Source: Cereibacter sphaeroides 2.4.1 (GTDB taxonomy: Bacteria; Pseudomonadota; Alphaproteobacteria; Rhodobacterales; Rhodobacteraceae). From it: a stretch of 32,000 nt of DNA. This document shows, piece after piece, positions 16,302 to 23,645 of the stretch. How positions within the stretch are numbered: the stretch's first letter is position 1; every line of letters starts with the position of its first letter. The DNA is taken from NCBI RefSeq assembly GCF_000012905.2, contig NC_007493.2, positions 2,820,001 to 2,852,000 on the forward strand, in the 5' to 3' direction. The notes below the pieces were generated by a model. It was not told the DNA's origin. It saw only the letters and a program-made list of their open reading frames with translations, and searched no databases. Both the position numbers and the translations under genes were made by a program.

Positions 16302-19180
16302 AGGACTTCATCCTTCCCGACGACCGCGACTTCGGCACCCCGCGCTCGCGCGCGACCGAGACGGTGACGCTCGAGATCGACGGCTTCCCGGTGACCGTGC
16401 CTGCGGGCACGTCGGTGATGCGCGCCGCCGCCGAGGCGGGGATCTCGGTGCCGAAGCTCTGCGCGAGCGACACTCTCGACGCCTTCGGCTCCTGCCGGCT
16501 GTGCCTTGTCGAGATCGAGGGCCGCGCGGGCACGCCCGCCTCCTGCACCACGCCGGTGGCGCCCGGCATGAAGGTGCGCACCCAGACGCCGAAGCTGAAG
16601 CAACTGCGCCGCGGGGTGATGGAGCTCTATATCTCGGATCACCCGCTCGACTGCCTGACCTGCGCCGCCAACGGCGATTGCGAGCTGCAGGACATGGCGG
16701 GCGCGGTGGGCCTGCGCGATGTGCGCTACGAGGCCGTGGAAAATCATTTCACGCCCCGCAGTGCCGCCGGCGACCTCAATCCGCAATGGATGGCCAAGGA
16801 CGAGTCGAACCCCTATTTCACCTACGATCCATCGAAATGCATCGTCTGCTCGCGCTGCGTGCGGGCCTGCGAGGAGGTGCAGGGCACCTTCGCGCTGACC
16901 ATCGATGGCCGCGGCTTCGACAGCCGCGTCTCGGCCGGGATGGCCAGCGACAGTTTCCTCACCTCCGACTGCGTGAGCTGCGGCGCCTGCGTGCAGGCCT
17001 GCCCGACCGCCACGCTGCAGGAGAAGTCGGTGATCGAGATCGGCACGCCCGAGCGTGCGGTCGTGACCACCTGCGCCTATTGCGGCGTCGGTTGTTCCTT
17101 CAAGGCCGAGATGCGCGGCGACGAGCTGGTGCGGATGGTCCCCTACAAGGGCGGCAAGGCCAACCACGGCCATTCCTGCGTCAAGGGGCGCTTCGCCTAT
17201 GGCTATGCGGCCCACAAGGACCGGATCCTGAAGCCCATGGTGCGCGAGTCGATCCACGATCCCTGGCAGGAGGTGAGCTGGGACGAGGCCTTGGGCTTCG
17301 CCGCGCGCCGCCTGACAGCGATCCAGGAGAAGCACGGCCGCCAATCCGTGGGCGTCATCACCTCGTCGCGCTGCACGAACGAGGAGACCTACCTCGTCCA
17401 GAAGCTGACCCGCGCCGTCTTCCGCAACAACAACACCGACACCTGCGCCCGGGTCTGCCACTCGCCCACCGGCTACGGCCTGGGCCAGACCTTCGGCACC
17501 TCGGCCGGGACGCAGGATTTCGATTCGGTCGAGGCTGCGGACGTGGTGATGGTGATCGGCGCGAACCCGACCGACGGCCATCCGGTCTTCGCGAGCCGGC
17601 TGAAGAAGCGGCTGCGCAAGGGGGCGAAACTGATCGTGGTCGATCCGCGGCGCATCGATCTGGTGAAGAGCCCCCATATCGCGGCGGCCCACCATCTGGC
17701 GCTCAGGCCCGGAACCAACGTGGCCGTGGTGACGGCCATGGCCCATGTCATCGTGACCGAGGGGCTAGCGGATGAAAAATTCATCCGCGAACGCTGCGAC
17801 TGGGACGAGTTCCAGGACTTCGCCGAATTCGCCGCCGATCCCCGTCACGCGCCCGAGGCGATCGAGAGCCTGACCGGCGTGCCCGCGGCCGAGCTGCGTG
17901 CGGCGGCCCGCCTCTATGCCACCGGCGGGAATGCCGCGATCTATTACGGGCTGGGCGTGACCGAGCACAGCCAGGGCTCGACCACCGTCATCGGCATCGC
18001 GAACCTCGCCATGCTCACCGGCAACATCGGCCGGCCCGGCGTGGGCGTGAACCCGCTGCGGGGCCAGAACAATGTGCAGGGCTCCTGCGACATGGGCTCG
18101 TTCCCGCACGAGCTGCCGGGCTACCGGCATGTGAAGAGCGATGCGGCGCGCGCGGTGTTCGAGCGGCTCTGGGGCGTCGAGATCGATCCCGAGCCGGGCC
18201 TGCGGATCCCGAACATGCTCGATGCGGCGGTGGAGGGCACCTTCAAGGGCCTCTATTGCCAGGGCGAGGACATCCTGCAATCGGATCCCGACACGCGTCA
18301 TGTCGCGGCGGGCCTTGCGGCGATGGAATGCGTGATCGTCCACGACCTCTTCCTGAACGAGACCGCCAACTATGCCCATGTCTTCCTTCCGGGCTCCTCC
18401 TTCCTCGAGAAGGACGGCACATTCACCAACGCCGAGCGCCGCATCAACCGCGTGCGCAAGGTCATGGCGCCGAAAAACGGCTTCGCCGACTGGGAAGTGA
18501 CGCAGATGCTGGCCAATGCGCTGGGCGCGGGCTGGGGCTACACCCATCCGAGCCAGATCATGGACGAGATCGCGGCCACCACGCCCTCCTTCGCCGGCGT
18601 CTCCTACGAGCGGCTGGAAGAGGCGGGCTCGATCCAGTGGCCCTGCAACGAGGAGCATCCGCTGGGCACGCCGCTCATGCATGTCGAGGGCTTCGTGCGC
18701 GGACGCGGAAAACTCATCCGCACGGAATATGTGGCGACGGACGAGAAGACGGGCCCGCGTTTCCCGCTGCTCCTCACCACCGGGCGGATCCTTTCGCAGT
18801 ACAACGTCGGCGCGCAGACGCGGCGGACGGCGAACAGCGTCTGGCACCCCGAGGACGTGCTCGAGATCCATCCGCACGATGCCGAGGTGCGCGGCGTGGC
18901 CGAAGGCGACTGGGTGCGCCTCGCCTCGCGGGCGGGCGAGACGACGCTCCGGGCGCGGCTGACGGATCGCGTCTCGCCGGGCGTGGTCTACACGACCTTC
19001 CACCATCCCACGACGCAGGCCAATGTCATCACCACCGACTTCTCGGACTGGGCGACGAACTGCCCGGAATACAAGGTGACGGCGGTGCAGGTTGCGCCGT
19101 CGAACGGGCCGTCGGACTGGCAGGAGGATTACCGCGCCCAGGCGAACCTCGCGCGGCGCATTCTGCCGGCTGCCGAATGA
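16298..19180 (+). CDS. fdsA: NAD-dependent formate dehydrogenase alpha subunit (Mo-bisPGD, Fe-S clusters; Cys-type)
   Basis: Lies inside track ORF 16085..19180. ATG 16298 (MKDFILPDDRDFG) overlaps the fdsB stop (ATGA). 2Fe-2S CASDTLDAFGSCRLC; 4Fe-4S CIVCSRCVRAC and CVSCGACVQACP; CAYCGVGCSF. The active site ARVCHSPTG has Cys, with no in-frame TGA. Confidence 0.95.
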   Translation: MKDFILPDDRDFGTPRSRATETVTLEIDGFPVTVPAGTSVMRAAAEAGISVPKLCASDTLDAFGSCRLCLVEIEGRAGTPASCTTPVAPGMKVRTQTPKLKQLRRGVMELYISDHPLDCLTCAANGDCELQDMAGAVGLRDVRYEAVENHFTPRSAAGDLNPQWMAKDESNPYFTYDPSKCIVCSRCVRACEEVQGTFALTIDGRGFDSRVSAGMASDSFLTSDCVSCGACVQACPTATLQEKSVIEIGTPERAVVTTCAYCGVGCSFKAEMRGDELVRMVPYKGGKANHGHSCVKGRFAYGYAAHKDRILKPMVRESIHDPWQEVSWDEALGFAARRLTAIQEKHGRQSVGVITSSRCTNEETYLVQKLTRAVFRNNNTDTCARVCHSPTGYGLGQTFGTSAGTQDFDSVEAADVVMVIGANPTDGHPVFASRLKKRLRKGAKLIVVDPRRIDLVKSPHIAAAHHLALRPGTNVAVVTAMAHVIVTEGLADEKFIRERCDWDEFQDFAEFAADPRHAPEAIESLTGVPAAELRAAARLYATGGNAAIYYGLGVTEHSQGSTTVIGIANLAMLTGNIGRPGVGVNPLRGQNNVQGSCDMGSFPHELPGYRHVKSDAARAVFERLWGVEIDPEPGLRIPNMLDAAVEGTFKGLYCQGEDILQSDPDTRHVAAGLAAMECVIVHDLFLNETANYAHVFLPGSSFLEKDGTFTNAERRINRVRKVMAPKNGFADWEVTQMLANALGAGWGYTHPSQIMDEIAATTPSFAGVSYERLEEAGSIQWPCNEEHPLGTPLMHVEGFVRGRGKLIRTEYVATDEKTGPRFPLLLTTGRILSQYNVGAQTRRTANSVWHPEDVLEIHPHDAEVRGVAEGDWVRLASRAGETTLRARLTDRVSPGVVYTTFHHPTTQANVITTDFSDWATNCPEYKVTAVQVAPSNGPSDWQEDYRAQANLARRILPAAE

Positions 19181-19992
19181 AAGAGACCCGCCATCTCCTG
19201 CCGCGTCTCGCCCTGTCGCCGGGGCGAGCCGAACAGGGTGCGCGCTGCCTGCCCGAAGAGGTGGCGGTGGCGCTCAGCTTCAACGGCACGACGCAGGCGG
19301 TCATGATGGCAAGCCCCTCGGATCTCGAGGATTTTGCCATGGGCTTCGCCCTGACCGAGGGGTTCGCGCGCCCCGAGGAGATCGAGAGCCTTACGCCCGT
19401 CGAGACCCCGCGCGGCATCGACCTGCAGATCTGGCTTCGCCCCGAGGCGGAGGCCCGGCTGGCGGCGCGCAGGCGGCGGATGGCGGGCCCGGTGGGCTGC
19501 GGTCTCTGCGGCATCGACAGTCTCGCGGAGGCGCTGCGCCCCCCGCCTCCGGTCGAGGGCACCCTGCGCCTTGCCGCGGGCGACTGTCTCGCGGCCGTCG
19601 CCGGCCTGACCGATCATCAACCGCTTCACGATGCCACGCGCGCCGTCCATGCCGCCGGGTTCTGGATGCCCGGACAGGGCCTCGTGACCGTGCGGGAGGA
19701 TGTGGGGCGGCACAATGCGCTGGACAAGCTCGCGGGCGCGCTGCTGCGCCGTGACGTGGCTGCGGATCGCGGCGCCGTGGTGCTGACCTCGCGCGTTTCC
19801 ATCGACATGGTGCAGAAATGCACGCGCCTCGGCGCCCCGATCCTGATCGCGGTGTCCGCTCCCACCGCTCATGCGGTGCGGATGGCCGACGAAGCCGGGC
19901 TCACGCTGGTGGGGCTGGCCCGCGGCGAGCGGTGCGAGGTCTTCACCCATCCCCACCGCATCATCCCAGACGAGGCCGCGCATGTCGCCTGA
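19177..19992 (+). CDS. fdsC: FdhD-family sulfurtransferase/chaperone for formate dehydrogenase
   Basis: Lies inside track ORF 18256..19992. ATG 19177 overlaps the fdsA stop (ATGA). NGTTQAVMMASPSDLEDFAMGFALTEG, GCGLCG, GRHNALDK. Confidence 0.9.
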   Translation: MKETRHLLPRLALSPGRAEQGARCLPEEVAVALSFNGTTQAVMMASPSDLEDFAMGFALTEGFARPEEIESLTPVETPRGIDLQIWLRPEAEARLAARRRRMAGPVGCGLCGIDSLAEALRPPPPVEGTLRLAAGDCLAAVAGLTDHQPLHDATRAVHAAGFWMPGQGLVTVREDVGRHNALDKLAGALLRRDVAADRGAVVLTSRVSIDMVQKCTRLGAPILIAVSAPTAHAVRMADEAGLTLVGLARGERCEVFTHPHRIIPDEAAHVA

Positions 19993-20203
19993 CAAGCTGA
20001 TCTATATGGCGAATCAGATTGCCACGTTCTTCGAGTCGAAGCCCCATGCCGAGGGCGTGGCGGGCACGGCCGCCCATATCAACGACTTCTGGGAGCCTCG
20101 GATGCGCCGTCAACTGCTGGCGGTGATCGAGGAGGGACGCCCCGGCCTGCGCCCCCTCGTGCTGGATGCGGCGCAGGAGATCCGGCGTCCGGCGGACGCC
20201 TGA
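19982..20203 (+). CDS. fdsD: Formate dehydrogenase delta subunit (FdsD family)
   Basis: Lies inside track ORF 19871..20203. ATG 19982 gives MSPDKLIYMANQIATFFESKPHAEG...INDFWEPRMR (73 aa). 11-nt overlap with fdsC. Confidence 0.85.
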   Translation: MSPDKLIYMANQIATFFESKPHAEGVAGTAAHINDFWEPRMRRQLLAVIEEGRPGLRPLVLDAAQEIRRPADA

Positions 20204-20224
20204 CCCTCTCGACCGGAGGAGAAT

Positions 20225-20434
20225 TCAGGGGGCCGACCGCTCCTTGGCCGACCTGAACTCCTCTCGGTTCAGGTTGGGACGGATCATGGCGAAGGCCAGG
20301 AAGACGACGGCGCCGACGCTTCCCCCCAACATGTGCATCAGGATGGCGGCCGGGATCGAGTAGCCCTGCCAAAGCCCCCAGACCGCGAGCGACAGTCCCG
20401 CGAGGATGCTGGAAAAGATGAGTCCGAATGCCAT
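20225..20434 (-). CDS. 69-aa predicted two-TM small membrane protein (hypothetical)
   Basis: C-terminal part of track ORF 20225..20599: MAFGLIFSSILAGLSLAVWGLWQGYSIPAAILMHMLGGSVGAVVFLAFAMIRPNLNREEFRSAKERSAP. GGGAGG lies 6 nt upstream of the ATG. Only about 8 of 69 codons end in A/T. Confidence 0.6.
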   Translation of the reverse strand: MAFGLIFSSILAGLSLAVWGLWQGYSIPAAILMHMLGGSVGAVVFLAFAMIRPNLNREEFRSAKERSAP

Positions 20435-20449
20435 GGTGAGCCTCCCTGA

Positions 20450-20465
20450 GGTGATAATTGTCACC
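20450..20465. promoter_or_regulatory. Perfect-arm palindrome GGTGA-N6-TCACC (CRP/FNR-family-like geometry) directly upstream of the small-protein RBS
   Basis: GGTGATAATTGTCACC read directly. Flanked by direct CCCTGAG copies at 20444-20450 and 20464-20470. Confidence 0.3.
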
Positions 20466-20651
20466 CTGAGAGTGGAAGATGGACAGCGATTCGCGCATAA
20501 AGAGGAAGGCTTTATGGCGCAAAGGTGGCACTTCGGTCGTGCGCCCTCCTCCTTCTGATCGGGGACCGTCCCGCCTCGGCCGGACGAGGGGCTAGGCACG
20601 GCTGCGGCGCGCGCCTATGCAGGACGCATTGCTTCCGCCGGTTTTCAGCAC

Positions 20652-21869
20652 ATGCGCCTTGGCTATCTGGTCAATACCTACCCACGTGCGTCCTACAGCT
20701 TCATCCGCCGCGAGATCCGTGCGCTGGAGCGCGCGGGTCACTGCATCCACCGCTTCGCGATCCGCAGCGAGAGGCTCTCGCTGGCCGAGACAGCCGATCT
20801 CGACGAGGACCGCGCAACCGAGCATCTGGTGGAGGTGCCGCCCCTGCGGCTCGCCCTGTCGGCCTTGGGCTGGCTGCTGCTGCGTCCCCGGCGGGCCTCG
20901 CGCGGCATCCGGCTCGCCGCCCGTTGCGGCACTCAGGGCGGTCGCCTGCGCCACCTCGTCTTCCTTGTCTTCGCGGCGCATCTCGCGCGGCGGGCACGGA
21001 CCCTAGGGCTCACCCATATCCACGCGCATTTCGGTGGCGCGGCGGCCAGCGTGGCCATGCTGGCCGAGGTGCTGGGGGGGCCGCGCTTCAGCTTCACGGT
21101 GCACGGCCCCGACGAGTTCGACTCGCCCGTCGCCCTCAATCTGCCGATCAAGATGCACCGCTCGGCCTTCACCGTGGCCGTCAGTTCCTACGGCCGCAGC
21201 CAGCTTTATCGCTGGGCCGAGCCGGCAGACTGGCGGCGCATCCATGTCGTCCATTGCGGCATCGAGCCGGAAGCCTTTCCCGAAAGCCTGCCGCTCCCCG
21301 CGAGCGGGCCGCGCCTCGTGGCGGTCGGGCGGCTGGCCGAACAGAAGGGCTATGCGCTGCTGGTCGAAGCGATTGCGCTGGCCGCCCCCACCCTGCCCGA
21401 CCTGCATCTGACCCTCGTGGGCGACGGCCCGCTGCGGGGCCTGATCGAGGAGATGATCGCCGAGCGCGATCTGGCACGGCGCATCACCCTCACCGGCTGG
21501 ACCGACGAGACCCGCGTGCGCCACGAGCTTGCAGCGGCTCAGGCGCTGATTCTGCCCTCCTTCGCCGAAGGGCTGCCGATGGTGGTGATGGAGGCGATGG
21601 CGGCCGGCCGCCCGGTGATCGGCACGCTGGTGGCCGGCATTCCGGAACTGGTGCTGCCGGAAGAGACCGGCCATCTGGTGCCGGCGGGCGACGCGCAGGC
21701 GCTGGCCCGCGCCATCGAGCGGCTGGCGGACACGCCGCTCGAGGTCCTGACCGAGATGGGGCGCGTCGCGCGCCTGCGCGTGCTCGAGCGGCACGACATC
21801 AACCGCGAGGCATCACGGCTCGCCCAGCTGATCGCGGGGGTGGATCCCCGTCAGCCGGCGAAGGTGTAG
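20652..21869 (+). CDS. Glycosyltransferase family 4 (GT-B, WcaL-like)
   Basis: 405 aa. The N-terminus MRLGYLVNTYPRASYSFIRREI is typical of this GT4 subgroup. The C-terminal domain carries EGLPMVVMEAMAAGRPVI (E-x7-E). Confidence 0.88.
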   Translation: MRLGYLVNTYPRASYSFIRREIRALERAGHCIHRFAIRSERLSLAETADLDEDRATEHLVEVPPLRLALSALGWLLLRPRRASRGIRLAARCGTQGGRLRHLVFLVFAAHLARRARTLGLTHIHAHFGGAAASVAMLAEVLGGPRFSFTVHGPDEFDSPVALNLPIKMHRSAFTVAVSSYGRSQLYRWAEPADWRRIHVVHCGIEPEAFPESLPLPASGPRLVAVGRLAEQKGYALLVEAIALAAPTLPDLHLTLVGDGPLRGLIEEMIAERDLARRITLTGWTDETRVRHELAAAQALILPSFAEGLPMVVMEAMAAGRPVIGTLVAGIPELVLPEETGHLVPAGDAQALARAIERLADTPLEVLTEMGRVARLRVLERHDINREASRLAQLIAGVDPRQPAKV

Positions 21870-22552
21870 CCCACGCCGTGCACCGTGCGGATGAAGGGAC
21901 TGCCGCTGCGGCTGGCCGGAAGCTTGCGGCGCAGGCGGCTCACGATCCCGTCGACGACGCGGTCGTAACTCTCCCACTGCCGGCCCTTGATCGCATTCAT
22001 GATCTGGTCGCGGCTGAGAACCTGCCCCCGCCGCCCGAGCAGCGCGGCCAGCAGTTCGAACTCGGAGGTGGTGAGCTCGACCTCCCGCCCGTCCGGCGCC
22101 CAGAGCTTGCGCGCCTGAAGGCTGAGGCCGTAGCCGTCGAACTCGTGGTCGATGCCCGGGCGGCCCGCGGGCAGGCTGGCGACCGGACGCCCGGTCCGGC
22201 GGAAGACGGCCCCCACCCGCGCTGCCAGCTCGCGCTCGCGAAACGGCTTCAGCAACGTGTCGTCGGCCCCGAGCTCCAGCCCCAGCACGCCCTCGGCCTC
22301 GTCGCGCTGCGGGGCGAGCAGGATGATGCCCCGGTCGCTGACCTTCCGCAGCTCGCGCAGCAGCGAGAGGCCGTTGCCGTCCGGCAGCGAGGTGTCGATG
22401 AGATAGAGATCCACCTGCTCCTGCGCGTCGACCTTGCGGAACTGCGCCAGGCTCTTCGCCGTGACCACCCGGAACCCCCGCTGCTCGAGGGTCGAACGCA
22501 CGATCGTCAGGATCGCTGCTTCGTCATCGAGCGCAAGAATGCACGGGACCAT
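21851..22552 (-). CDS. OmpR/PhoB-family response regulator (receiver + winged helix), orphan and with atypical switch residues
   Basis: Receiver: LALDDE, DLYLIDTSLPDGNG, LLKPF. Output domain: TSEFELLAALL, RTVHGVGYTF. GGAG lies 7 nt upstream of the ATG. The 3' end overlaps the convergent GT gene by 19 nt. No histidine kinase is present in the window. Confidence 0.9.
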   Translation of the reverse strand: MVPCILALDDEAAILTIVRSTLEQRGFRVVTAKSLAQFRKVDAQEQVDLYLIDTSLPDGNGLSLLRELRKVSDRGIILLAPQRDEAEGVLGLELGADDTLLKPFRERELAARVGAVFRRTGRPVASLPAGRPGIDHEFDGYGLSLQARKLWAPDGREVELTTSEFELLAALLGRRGQVLSRDQIMNAIKGRQWESYDRVVDGIVSRLRRKLPASRSGSPFIRTVHGVGYTFAG

Positions 22553-23014
22553 CCGCTTCTCCGCTGTCGTTATCTTGTCATTGAGACAACCTTAGCGTGT
22601 TTCGGCGCGGTGACAATGTCCGGCAGGCCGTCCTTCTGCCCCAAGCACTGCCGGAGGGAATCCGTCTCCCTCACGCACCGCACGGGCGTTCGCACCTCCG
22701 GCCCCTGCCGATCACGGTGCTGCGGCGTGAAACCGCCGATCCCGACCAGACCGACCAGAAAGACCGCATCGGCTACCTCCTTTGGGAGTGCACGAACCTT
22801 CGCCCAGCAGGAGAAAGAGGCGGAGGTGCACGCCCTAAGGTTGCATCGCCCAATTTGTCTCAACCTGTTGGAGTGCTTGGCTTTCCGTTCCTGTGACCTT
22901 TTTGCCAGACCCTGCGAAAAATCTCGAATAGAGGGGCGCTTTACCGCCTTTCGCATAATCGGCACAAATCCGCCTACTACCGTTAGGGTATAGTGTGACA
23001 CACGAATCAAGGAG

Positions 23015-23044
23015 CTGGCGAGCAGCCGTCGTTTCGCTCGCCAG
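23015..23044. other. 9-bp-stem inverted repeat CTGGCGAGC-N12-GCTCGCCAG in the low-GC gap
   Basis: Perfect complementarity read directly. No flanking T/A run on either strand, so it is not a canonical intrinsic terminator. Confidence 0.4.
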
Positions 23045-23089
23045 GGCAGAGGGCCCTCAGAAGGCACATCGTTTTGGGAGGCGATATTC

Positions 23090-23314
23090 ATGAGACTGCT
23101 TTTTGACGATGATGAGCGCGCCGGCTTTCGACTGGTGTGGCCGTTCGTCCTGCGCCTGTCGCGCAGGCCCGCGGCCAATCTCAAGACGCCGAAGATCCTC
23201 ACACGAGAAGAACTGAAGGAACTTTTCTCGCTCGAGCTTTCTCAATCCGCGACAGGAACCGAGCAGCGTCCGCGCCCGGTGGGCATGAGCCCGCGCAGTC
23301 GTTTCTCCGCCTGA
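23090..23314 (+). CDS. Candidate 74-aa hypothetical protein (uncertain coding status)
   Basis: Track ORF. GGGAGG at 23076-23081, 8 nt before the ATG. MRLLFDDDERAGFRLVWPFVLRLSRRP... with a low-complexity C-terminal half. About 24 of 74 codons end in A/T (weak codon bias). I recognise no family. Confidence 0.3.
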   Translation: MRLLFDDDERAGFRLVWPFVLRLSRRPAANLKTPKILTREELKELFSLELSQSATGTEQRPRPVGMSPRSRFSA

Positions 23315-23399
23315 GAGCGCCGCCTCCACGGCCATTTTTTCTGTCATCCGGGAGCAGATCTGGTATTTCCAAGCGGGAGACTGCCACCGGAGACCCCAG

Positions 23400-23645
23400 A
23401 TGCTGACCTATCTCTGTCTGAGCGACGCCGACGGCCCTGCCCGCTTCTACCGGGTGGAACTCGCGTACAATCTCTTCGGCGAATATACCGTCCTGCGCGA
23501 ATGGGGCCGTCGCAGCCCCGGCCGCGCCGGACGACGTCTCGTCACATGGTTCTCCAACCTGCGCGACGCCTGCCTCGCGGCGGAACGCTGGCACCAGCGC
23601 GCCCGGCGGCGCGGTTATCACACCACCATCGAAGGCAGAGCATGA
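23400..23645 (+). CDS. Stand-alone WGR domain protein (81 aa)
   Basis: ARFYRVELAYNLFGEYTVLREWGRRSPGRAGRRLVTWFSNLRDACLAAERWHQRARRRGY fits the short bacterial WGR-domain pattern (FY..l....LFGe..l.reWGRiG......f.s...A......l...K.rrGY). GGAG lies 7 nt upstream of the ATG. Confidence 0.8.
   Translation: MLTYLCLSDADGPARFYRVELAYNLFGEYTVLREWGRRSPGRAGRRLVTWFSNLRDACLAAERWHQRARRRGYHTTIEGRA

Noticed and set aside
17447-17470. Possible selenocysteine (in-frame TGA) at the formate dehydrogenase active site
   Set aside because: The codon is TGC (Cys) in ARVCHSPTG, and the frame contains no internal TGA. This is a Cys-type enzyme.
14562-19006. Three long minus-strand ORFs (14562..16259, 16232..17746, 17765..19006) antisense to fdsB/fdsA
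   Set aside because: They have no motifs and a biased Arg/Gly/Ala/Asp composition. The plus strand carries complete Fe-S and Mo-cofactor signatures.
20525-22993. 822-aa plus-strand ORF spanning the GT gene (other frame), the antisense of the response regulator and part of the gap
   Set aside because: Pro/Arg/Gly/Ala low-complexity translation. It conflicts with two well-supported genes.
22570-23202. 210-aa minus-strand ORF and 99-aa plus-strand ORF (22597..22896) inside the low-GC gap
   Set aside because: Neither has an SD-like sequence. Both have Arg/Ser/Pro-rich non-protein-like composition, and the 210-aa ORF is antisense to the better-supported 74-aa ORF start. Kept only as part of the non-coding-region finding.
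22553-23399. Lysine riboswitch (L-box) or another known riboswitch ahead of the saccharopine dehydrogenase
   Set aside because: GAGGCG/GAGGTGC-like strings occur near 22815-22830, but I could not lay out the five-helix L-box or its conserved junction motifs. I also found no B12-box or SAM-II features. Only a cmsearch against Rfam could settle this.
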